Below, piece by piece: positions 53,855 to 64,000 of a stretch of DNA of 64,000 nucleotides; position 1 is the first letter of the stretch, and each line of letters begins with the position of its first letter. This DNA comes from Microbotryum violaceum (Eukaryota), in NCBI GenBank assembly GCA_001244265.2, contig CDLV01000018.1, positions 124,001-188,000 of the forward strand. Reading direction: 5' to 3'. The translations under genes were made by a program, and so were the position numbers. The notes beneath the pieces were generated by a model. The model made no database searches. It worked only from the letters and a program-made list of their open reading frames with translations, and was not told the origin of the DNA.

Positions 53855-55464
53855 TTTTCGAGATGAGCTTACGATCGAGGGAGGAGGGACGCCAATGTCG
53901 GTGTGATTGGTGAAGAGCGTGTATGAATAAGTCGAAGTTACGATATTTTCCACTTTTTAAAGCGATATCCCTATAACTTGCGTCCCTTTACTAAGCTTAG
54001 CTAGTTTTGCACCTCCTCGTCGGGCTCTAGCAAACTGTAGAAGCTTCCGCCGAGAGAGAAAAAAAAATCCAGAAGCATGGCATTCGGGGTTCCTCAGGCC
54101 CGCTCGAGACATTCAGGTCCCCTCTACTCAAACCAGAGGTAAATCGACCAAAATCGACCGCCATAATTATAGGGAGGGGTCCGGGATGCCACGTCAAGCG
54201 GAGCTACGTCTCCGAGCCCAGGAAAGGAGACCAGATAGGGGGTCCGAAGATTGCAACGGTTAGCTTGAAGAGCGCAACATCCCGATTCCCGACTGGAGTT
54301 GTTAAATCGTCAGTCTCCCTTTTCTGAGCAGGTTTGTCAGCAATTGTACCGATGCTCAGTCTCAAGATCGTACCAGACAGCTAGTGCCTTCGAGCGGGGT
54401 GAAACGTGAACCCTGTGGGAGATCTCGACGCTTTGGCCATCAAGGTGGGGAGTTCGAGAAGAGCCAAAGTCGCACTTCGAGCGCTGACCGAATCAGTGAT
54501 TGCTGTCACCAGTTGAGACGTTTTCAGCACTGACTCGATACCTTCAACGTGTTCTTGTGTCGCCTTACTAATGTCAACGGCCCGGGAAGGCGGGTCGATG
54601 ACGTCGGAGACAAATACTACGGATTCTGTACCAGAGACTTCGGCTCGCCAAAGTTGTTATTAGGGGTGATATTATCGGGCACCCCTAGGATGTAGCTCTT
54701 CGGACTATACTAGGACGACTTCAAGTTGGCGTGCCAATAGTTGGTGAAGGCAAGCTGAACTGGCACTTCGACTCCGAGGAGCTGGACGGCGGAAGAGCGT
54801 CGATACATAGTCATTGATCAACCCTTTCTGTTAGGTCTGTAACTAGCTTTATTTTCTCTGTTCCACGCACATGAAAATCAGCCCCTGCGCATAGGTTTAC
54901 GCGCTTACCGCTCGTCGCACGACATGATCACCATCGACCGGGAGTGACACTGCGGCATGCAGCGATACCCGAAGATGATTCATCGCTAGGAGGAGCTAAA
55001 GATAGAGAGGTATTAGGTGCATGAGGTAAGCTGCACTATTTATAAAATGCAGGCCCCTATTCTTCCGGTGACACCTACTTCGCAGGGTGGAATGAGGATG
55101 AGTGCACAGTACCTCAGAGAGCTCGTCGCAAGTTGGCCTCTATCGCCGTACAGAATCATCAAACGGCGTCGAATGGATGGTGAACCACTAAAAGCTTGCA
55201 AGGTCTTTTGGAGCGTTGGAAAGTACGGTATGATCGCAAGGAAGGTATCTAGTCGTCCAAGACACTGGTACGACACATCCTGAACGAGTGTCGGTGCGAA
55301 CCCGCTCTTCTGTTGCCACCGGCTGCGCACGCGATCAAGTGAGTGACGATGATATTTTACCAGAATGGCTTATAACAGGGACAACCTCAACACACTCCCA
55401 GCCGTACAACCTTCAACTACCCCAACGCACGAGGCCCAAAGTCAACCCCACGAACCGAATACGG

Positions 55465-56668
55465 CTACAATTCCGTCTTGCCCTCCCCTATGAGCCGACC
55501 CACTTGCGCAGCTCTCGTCAGCTCATACTCCTCCCTCGGGACCAACTCGATCCACCAAAGGTAATGACTGAATAAAGCATACAGCGTCCTAAACCACGTC
55601 TGTTGACTCTGGTGCGTATCGAACGCCAGCCTCGTTAGGATGAAGCTGGGGGGAGGGGACGTCAAGAAGACCGTTCGAGGGGAGGGCGACGCGATGGCTC
55701 CTATGCCGGGCAAGGAGGGTAGGAAGGGGATGAGGGAGGAAGGGATGATGTTGTGTTGGAGGTGCTTCAGGGGCAGGAGGATGAGGGAGGTGAATTTGAG
55801 AGGGAGAGGTGTGGTCCGAACGAGGTAGATTTGAGGGAAGGTCGAAGGTGCCGCGAGGAGGGTTTGGCCGAGGGAGGCATGGTTCGGGTGGGACGAGACG
55901 CCGAGCGGGTCAAAGGTGATGATCTGCAATGAACGATCAGAATTGAGCCCTTGCCTTTTCAGGTTAGGTGAATGCGAGAGCAAACATACGACATCGGCGT
56001 TCCACTGCTTGACTTTTTCGGCGACGATCGAGTTAATCACATCCACAGACCAAGTCTGATCGGGACCATCGACGAGTCGACTGTGGATGGAGGCAACAGC
56101 GGCAGCCGACTCAGTCGCAAGGCTGCACCCGAATTGTCCGGCGTCATCGGACTTACGGATCATTGACAACAACGCAATTGTCGTCGTCGACGGCGAACAT
56201 GCGACACGACTCTTTCAACTCGGCCGTACGGACCTCTCCGCGGCCTTCGTAGTTGCCTGTGAGAGCGAAGAGAGACGGTTTACAAGGTGCTGCAGATCGA
56301 TATCACAATATCTTGACTTGCCACTTGAGAGACTGAGGATGTGGCCGGTCGGATAGACCGTCTTGCTCTTCTCCTCGTCCCGTCCAGGTGGGGCGAGCAA
56401 GTTGGTCAACGAAGGTCCAAAGAAGAAGGCCTCGTCGTCGGCTGCCAAAAGCATCGGGACGGTACCAAGTCAGTCTACAAATTCGGTACGGGATCCCGTT
56501 CCTGTTCGGGACGGAGCACGTACGATGCGCGATGACCCAGATGATCGATTTGGCCTCCTTCAAACCCTTCAAGTGGGGTGTGCGGTTCGTCCAGTTGCTG
56601 GCGAGCAGCATCGACCATACGGCCAAGGTCGCGACGGCGATGACGGACAACTTGTCGCCGAGTCCCAT
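55465..56668 (-). CDS. GPI12: GlcNAc-PI de-N-acetylase (PIG-L family)
   Basis: N-terminal TM, VIAHPDDEAFFFGP, LSLSSGNYEGRGEVRTAEL, IITFDPLGVSSHPNH, HQSQQTWFRTLY. Confidence 0.93.
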
Positions 56669-56802
56669 CTTGGCAAGGAGAGACGAGGGGTGGGGAGGAA
56701 GACGAGAAGGAGGTCGAGTGGGGCAGACGGGCGAATCTGGGGAAACGCGCGCGCGCCATCGATCAATCAATCAACGATCAACGTTAACGATCAACGTTTA
56801 TA

Positions 56803-59207
56803 TGGGCCGCCTTTTGTCGTTTTATTCCGAGTGAACACGCGCGGCGCAATGACAATGCGCGCGAGACCGCTTTACAGCACACACCAGACATAACTGACAC
56901 GCGCCACACCCTCTGTGACATACCTCGACGCATTGAACACACGCGTCAGCGCTATCTTTGACCCACGACGTAGCATTTATACACTCCATCGCACTTTTCA
57001 CTTGTTTCCGACCCATTTTGATAACACTCTTTCGCACTTCAAGCACACTCAAGCGAGATTCTCACGCTCCCCAGATTTATGGTGACACACGCCAGACCAC
57101 ATCTGAACACACACGTAAGCGACTTGAACTCTCCGACATTTCAACACACGCGCCAGAAAATGAAAATGATTTTCAGGATATTTTCCCCGGATTCGAGACC
57201 CCGCACTCACTTATGATGACTCGCACCAGACTCGATTTTACGACCCTCTCCCGGCGCTCTGACACTCCTGAGCGGCCTGAGCCCCGCCTTCACACCCCAC
57301 GCAACCACATGACACTCGCGCGCGTGCGTGATGACTGCCGCACGAGATCAAGCTCAGCGAGACTAACGTGACCCAGACTGTCTACTAATTCTCTAGTTCT
57401 AGTCTATCATATGCAGACGCAAAAAAAGCCTTCCAACTTATGTAGTGGACAATGAATGACCAGTGTAATTGAATGGGCGGGGCTGTAGTTGTGGGCTGCC
57501 ACTCACACGGATTGTTGCAGCTTGAACGAGTGGAAATCCGGGATGCTCACGTCGGCAGCAACTGCGTCGTAGCATTAGCAAAATGGCCACGCGCGCGAAC
57601 CCGCTTATGGTCTTTTCTGCTTTTGCTGCAAGAGTTTGACGCCGAGGACTCAAGCGCGCGCGACCTCTACCCTCCTTGCAGTAAGCCGTGCTCGCACGCC
57701 TGCCCCTCTTGCAATAAGCCGTGCGCCACTTGCGCAAGAGTTTACCAAGCCAGCTCCTGCCGCACATTTCAGTTCCCACTGCTTGCCGTTGCCGTACCAG
57801 TATCGCTGTGTACCTCTGCCACCTCCTGCCAAGGTCAGTGGCCTTCCTTGAACTCTTCCTGCCGCCAATTGGCTGACAGGTTCCGAGCTTCTCACAGGAC
57901 CCCCCCCCCCCCCCCCCAGCGATACCGTACAGCTTCCGCCTTCCAGTCTTCTGCCTTACCAGTTGACGACGAACAGCTGCCACTGTGTACGCCTCTCTTT
58001 TTCAACACTCCTTGTTGGATGGTTGACTGACGCTCCATACTTTGTATGCAGCCGTCCGCCCGCACCTGCCAGTGCTGCGCCTCTTTCGGGTTCGACTGCG
58101 TCTCGCTCAAAGAGCCGAGGTACATCACCCACCTTCAGGCTCTACCTTAGGGTACTCCTACTCTCGACTGTCCTTGTTGGACACGTTGCCTGACTTGGCT
58201 ACCTTGCTACACAGACCCAACCTCGACGTACCAGCGTCCGAGGTCTGTTTTCCTTTGCTGTCTTCTTGTCTCCAAGCGACACGCTTTACAAGCATAGGTA
58301 TGCCATAGTCCTCAGAGTCTTTGCAGTATTCCGAGTACTAATAGAATCGCGCTTTACAAGCATAGTCGTTCTATCTCTATCTCCTCCCACCCACCCTACA
58401 TAATAAATAATTACAAAAACAGCCTTGTTGATCTATATCTTTCCTTTACTTTCTTTATCTATGGTCTCTCGTGGGTAGATTTTCAACCCATCCCGTTTGT
58501 TACGGGATGCCTGGTTCTTATGCTGCAAATCCGACTCCATCCCAGCTATTTCGGTTCGCATTGCGCTCTTACGATGGAGTCGAAGGATTCGCCCGAGATT
58601 ACGCGCGCTTAACAGCGCTTAACGGTGCATAAGATGCGCATAAGGATGCATACGCGCATAAGAGCGCTTACGGACCGCTTTGCGTATGCAAACAAAGCGC
58701 GCGAGGAGTCTTAAGCGCGCCGTTTTTTTTGTAGAAAACTAAGTGCGCCATAAGAGTCCCTTATCTAGGGTACACTTAAGCGACACTTAACGCGCGCGGG
58801 GCTTAACGAGTGGTTAAGGGCGCTTAAGAGCAGCTTTAGGCCGCTTAACGACTGCTTTACGAGGTTTCGCGCGCTTACGCGCGTTTGGCCATTTTGCTGA
58901 TGTACGAGCTCACTGAGCACCAGCGCACCTGATGCTGGCCTCATAGCCGGCATACTTGTTGTGGCAATCATTCTTGTGCCCATCTATGGTTGATGAGCCC
59001 GAAGTCGGATAGTCTCATACAGCGTTGTCGGATGAGAATGAGGACGGTGAAGGCGAAGCACGGGCGTGCGTGTTCAAATCCCCGTGCGTGTCGTGAAATC
59101 GGCGTGCACATCATCAAGCAGCCGCGCGCGTGTCATGATACATGATCAGCGAATCTCGCGCGCGTGTGTTCAAATTCAAATTGAATAAAACGACAAAAGG
59201 CGGCCCA
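56803..59207. mobile_element. Non-autonomous TIR element, perfect 25-bp TIRs, TA target duplication
   Basis: TGGGCCGCCTTTTGTCGTTTTATTC at 56803-56827 and its exact reverse complement at 59183-59207; TA at 56801-56802 and 59208-59209. ACACGCGC-like motifs occur in opposite orientation near the two ends. Confidence 0.88.
57573..58902. mobile_element. Nested inverted-repeat unit (17-bp IR, 1 mismatch) with dense GCGCTTAA/GCATAAG motif array
   Basis: CATTAGCAAAATGGCCA at 57573-57589 versus TGGCCATTTTGCTGATG at 58886-58902. TSD not clear. Confidence 0.6.
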
Positions 59208-59493
59208 TACGTTCAACGTTCAACGTTCAACTTGCGCGCTGGGCCTGACGGGACTTTGTAATGGCACAATTTCCCCGATATCCATGCATTGAGCTCGTTC
59301 GCTCTTTGCCGGCGCTCCGCTCATTGAATTGGAATTGTTCCCATCCAGAATAGCTCTGCCTCAGGCCAGCCACCCACGTCTCTCTTGGATCGAATTCCTC
59401 AACCAGTCGTCTAGATCCCCCGCACTGGGCCCACGAAACTGTCCGGTCCTCCGCTGCTCCCACCCGCCGTCCGTCCGTTCCCACGCCGCAGCC

Positions 59494-60980
59494 ATGTCGG
59501 ATTTCCTGAACGAGTCGCTCAAGGGCCGAACACTATTCGCCATCCCCAAAAAGGGTCAGTCAAGGAAAGCGAGGGCGCTTGCTTCCTCCTGCGTCTTCGT
59601 CTCCGCTGCAGGGGGAACTGATCATGCTGATTCTTGCTCAACTCCGCTTTTTGACTCACGTGCGCTCCTTCTCTCGGTCAACTCTCTCGGTCGTGCGCTC
59701 CGTCAGGCCGTTTGTACGAGAAATGCCTTGAACTTTTGGCTGGTGAGCTGAGCTACGTTTTGATACTCGTTTCCAAATCAGTGTCGCGCCATGCTTATAC
59801 CCCGTCCCCCTCACCCTTGCAGGTGCGGACATCCAGTTCACACGTTCGCACCGATTGGACGTCTGCCTCGTGCGCAACCACAACATGGCTCTGTGCGTGA
59901 CGGACCATCGTTTTTTTCAGAACCGAGTTCCAGATCACTTGTACTTACACCAAACTCTGTTCTTTCTTCCCGCGTAGGGTCTTCCTTCCCGCGGCGGACA
60001 TTCCTCGTTTCGTCGGCGAAGGCAACGTACACCTCGGTATCACCGGCCAAGACATGGTCGCCGAAGCCTCTGCCCAGAAACTCGTCACCGAAGTCCTCCC
60101 CCTCGGATTCGGAAAATGCAAACTCCAAATTCAAGTTCCCGAAAAGGGTCCGATCAAGACGGTCGACGATTTGGTGGGGAAGAAGATCGTGACGTCGTTC
60201 GAGGTCTTGGCGGGGCAGTACTTTGCCGAGTTGGATCAGAAGTCTGGGCTTGCACCGGAGAAGAAGACCTTGATTGAGTACGTCGGTGGGAGTGTCGAGG
60301 CGGCTTGTGCGCTTGGGTTGGCCGATGGAATTGGTGAGTTTGGGGAAGAGAGAAGGGCGAAGCAAAACCGAGTCAGTTTCGCTAACAGTTGTGTTGTTCT
60401 TTCACTCCTGACACTGTCCACCAGTCGACCTTGTCGGTGAGCCTTTATGTCCACGACCTTTTGTATTCTGAACATCCGGATCACTAACCTACCCTCTCCC
60501 ATCTTCCCCACCAGAATCCGGCGAAACGATGCGAGCCGCCGGTCTGACAGCAATCTCTACCCTCCTAACCTCCCAAGCCGTCCTCATCCGGTCGAACAAG
60601 TCGTCCGACGGCCCTACGACCTCTCTCATCACGCGCATCACCTCCCGTATCGCCGGAGTGATCGCAGCAGGTCGTTACGTCCTGGTGCAGTACAACATCC
60701 GTAGGGACGTCGTCGATGAAGCGACCAAGATCACACCCGGAAGAAGGGCAGCGACCGTTTCGCCTCTGGATGATCCGGAGTGGGTTGCCGTTAGTTCGAT
60801 GGTGTTGAAAGCGGAAGTGGCGGATGTGATGGATCGGTTGCAGGTCAGTTCTCTGGATTTCTCCCGATGAGCTGTTGAGGGGGGTTCAACAGATTGACTG
60901 ATCACGTTTCTTGCGATGATCAGGCGATCGGAGCAGCGGACATCCTCAACGTTGGCTTGACCAACTGCCGTGTAGACTAA
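59494..60980 (+). CDS. HIS1: ATP phosphoribosyltransferase
   Basis: LFAIPKKGRLYEKC, FLPAADIPRFVGEGNVHLGITGQD, VGGSVEAACALGLADGIVDLVESGETMRAAGL, KITPGRRAATVSPL and end NCRVD*. Confidence 0.97.
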
Positions 60981-61285
60981 AATGGTGAGACAAGGACTAC
61001 ATACATACCCCACTTTACCAGTCGCTCCCTTCTTGGCTCCGTTGCCACCCTCCGCCCGAATCGTTGAAATTCATAGAAAGGAGAAAGCCATCCGAGCCAC
61101 ATGGTCATTTCATCCAAAATTGGGATGTTGGAGTGACTGAAGTAGGAAAACAGAGAGACCGACCGGTATGCACATTCACAGGAAGAAAACAGCGAGTACA
61201 GAGTAAATGACAACGGACGGTAGCAAACAAGAGGAGAAACCGTGAAACATGCCATAGTGAAAAAGCGGCAGGACGGCGGCGAGAC

Positions 61286-62403
61286 TCAGACTATTCGGAG
61301 ATACAGAAATCAGGGAGAGCATGAGAGTCAGTAGCCCTGAGCTCTCGAATCGCCCGGGAACGCAAGAAGCGAAGGAAAGCGCCGACGTACCAGAGAAGAC
61401 GGAGTTTCTGTACTCGGGGCGAGCCAGGCCCACCTTGGATCGAAGAATCGCACCGATCTAATGAAGGAGTGGTATTTTGTAGTCAGCAGGATGCCATTTC
61501 GTTTGAGCGAACGAATGAGAAATCGTACCTCGCTTGGCGGTTCAAGTCCGAGACGTTCTGCTCGCTCGAATCGTTCCAATCGACTGTGACCGACGAGAGC
61601 TGGATGAATCAGCGCCTACAATCAACGTGCTCATTCGCCCCGAACTCACGACTGGTTTGAGCAAGGACCGTAATCTGGATCGGCATCGAAGACCCTCAAT
61701 ACGACTTCAAGCGGGAGCCAGTCCTGTGTGAGGCACGGGCAGATTTTGGCATTTGTCAGGTTGAGATATCATACTTGACTTGATGCAGGTTCATAAGACT
61801 TACTTGATCGTGTACTGTCGTGTCATAACAGATGTGTAGAAAGGTGCACTGTCAGTACTCCGAACCCATCGGTGCGTTCGATCGCGGAGGCGAGAAGTCA
61901 AAAATGACCCGCCGCGCGGTGACAGACCGGCAGACGGCAGCGAGCGTCACGCGGGATGGGACAACGAACCGAGCGAGCGCCACCTCGTCATCCACACCGA
62001 AGCCGTGTCGTGCCAGTAAGCTGACCATGGACTCACTCGCGGTACCCATGATCCGACTACTCTCCCTAATCAACTTGCCGTAGCTCTTTGTCAATTTCTT
62101 CTCCTCCTCCTGCAATGCCTTGGCCTCCTCGAGCTCCTTGGTCGTCGCCGTCGTCATCGTCATCGTCATCGTCACCGTCATCGACGAGGGAGAGGTCTTG
62201 CTACTCGATCCCACCTCCTCCTTGACCTTGGTGACACCTGACTTCTTTGCATTCAAAGTCGCTGAAGCTTTCGACGCGGTGAACGAAGAGTTGAGGGTGG
62301 AGCCGGTCTTGGCCTTGGAGGAGGTTGCAGTGGACGTCGACAATGATCGACGTTTCGCGCCGGCCGAGGCAGATGAGGCTTTACTCGACTTGGAAGGCGC
62401 CAT
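61286..62403 (-). CDS. POLD4: DNA polymerase delta subunit 4 (p12/Cdm1 family)
   Basis: Spliced C-terminus VLRVFDADPDYGPCSNQSRLERFERAERLGLEPPSE matches the family pattern FD....YGPC....R.ER..RA..LGL.PP. Low-complexity N-terminus; 3' end approximate. Confidence 0.82.
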
Positions 62404-63859
62404 GGTGGGCGTAGATCAAAGTGAAATGTAAGGGGCGCTGATGTGCCGGATTGTAATGGACCCCAATGATGAGCAAGCGGTTGAGGGGGCCGGTTGAGGG
62501 GGGCAGGGGTGTGAAGCGAGCGAGCAAGCCCGGGCACAAGTTGAGTCAGTCAACCCGCTGCTCCATACTTCCATCTGAGACACTAGTATATTCCCAAAGT
62601 TCTGTTTGGGAAAGAAAAAAATCACGTTGCGCAGGCCAAATCAAGTACTTTACAGGACCAAAAACACATGATTTCAAGTACACGTTTGCATACATCTCCC
62701 AAGAGCTGTATCAGATTCATGCGGGAGTGGAGCGTGAGCTCAAGTTGACATGGCAACAGAAAGGAGGTCAGAACGGTACTATTCGGTGCGAGATGGGTTC
62801 GCTCCGCGAGTCCCCTACAAATGGCGCATTGCATACTGGATTTGGTGGTATCCCTCCGGATTGGTAGCCTTAACCCTGGATTCCCCCGCGCAACATGTCG
62901 TAGGTGAAGGATGCGCCGGACGGCGAGATTGACGATCGTTCACCGCCCAACCCCTTTTCAAGTTCGTCTGTCTGGATTGCGACATAAAAAGCGTCGACCT
63001 CGACTTGCCTGCCATCGCACCTCTCAAATGTCTGTCGGCCACAGACATATACTTAGAGCTTCCTATCCCACACCATTCGACTGTAGTGGTGTGTTTTCTC
63101 CATCGTTTCATGAGACGGAAGTACGACCGGCGTGAAGCTGAAGCTCAATGCCGTGACCTACGAAGTTCCTAACTTGGAAGTCGGGCCACTGTACTTGTGT
63201 TGGTGGCGATTGGCGCGCCACGGTGGTCATCGTCATCGTGGTCTCTATCTGACTCGACGTTGTGCCACTTGAGGATGCCTGTACGAAGCAAAAAACTCCC
63301 GACTTAAGAACCTGCTGGTGTGTAAGGTGACCCAACTTCCAAGTTCCGAGCTCAGTGGTGGCGCTGACACGCCATGACGCCCGCATTACACCAGTGCAAA
63401 GCTCTTCAGTGATCGAACCGAGGCAAATTGCTACACTACTTTGTGAGTTATTCATGATTCAAACTACTTTCCGAAACCAGCTTTACGTTCATGAGATCCT
63501 GACCAAGACTAGATTATAGTGTTTCTACCTCGATATTCAAGTGACAAGTTCGCATTCATGCAGAGCGCACGGCGATGTACCGTAAGGGCTTGGTGTAGTC
63601 AATCATTTGACAGGAGGCCAACCTGAACCACGTTCGACCAAAAGCAAAGCTCACGAAGAGCGACGGAGGTGATGAAGACAGATGCATTAGAAGACTAGGG
63701 GTGTCAGAAGGACGTGACGAGTATGACTACACACATGGGTCGGAAAAGGACTCGAAGAAGACAAGCTAAGGCGAAACGAAATGGAAACACATCATAGGCG
63801 TCGCACAGGACACAGGAAGACGTCAAAGGGCACTATTTCATGCTTGATCGTGGTCCGTA

Positions 63860-63931
63860 TCAGGACGAAGCCATGATCGACTCGTTCAATTCCGACAAAG
63901 GCGCCAACTCCTTTCGGTCGATCAGGTTGAA
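63860..63931 (-). CDS. MOB1: Last exon of a MOB kinase activator (gene continues beyond the window)
   Basis: After a CAG acceptor the frame reads FNLIDRKELAPLSELNESIMASS*, matching the MOB1 C-terminal F.LID.KELAPL.EL motif. Not in the ORF track. Confidence 0.8.
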   Translation of the reverse strand, partial: FNLIDRKELAPLSELNESIMASS

Positions 63932-64000
63932 CTGTACGCAGAATTCGTCATGGAGAAGAACGTCCAGTAAACATTCTAGGAAAGGCAACAAGGTCTCGAG

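Noticed and set aside
57473-58030. Cys-rich ORF resembling a zinc-binding protein
   Set aside because: The Cys spacing arises from short DNA repeats inside the nested element; no coherent domain or splice support.

Overview
Eukaryotic, intron-rich fungal DNA. Short GT/GC-AG introns, codon style and gene content suggest a basidiomycete, probably Pucciniomycotina/Microbotryomycetes (inference). Conserved genes: RPL6, Ypk1/Gad8 kinase, FAD D-lactate dehydrogenase, an apolipophorin-like mitochondrial protein, a division-I chitin synthase, alpha-tubulin, a secreted tandem-DPBB (expansin/RlpA-like) gene, giant Csf1/BLTP1, a TPR protein, eEF1B-gamma, ETF-beta, a single-TM protein, GPI12, HIS1, Pol-delta subunit 4 and the last exon of MOB1. 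The most striking structure is a 7.0-kb element (5658-12658) with 32-bp TIRs (31/32 identical), an 8-bp TSD and asymmetric subterminal motifs. It carries one decayed multi-exon gene with no recognisable transposase core. Nested inside are a Copia RT/RNaseH fragment bracketed by a 63-bp duplication and an internally deleted LINE sitting in the loop of an 11-bp palindrome. A second TA-flanked TIR element, with a further nested inverted-repeat unit, fills the GPI12/HIS1 divergent promoter. A truncated LINE disrupts the DPBB gene at the position where the paralogous domain has an intron. Gene boundaries were inferred by eye and no searches were run.
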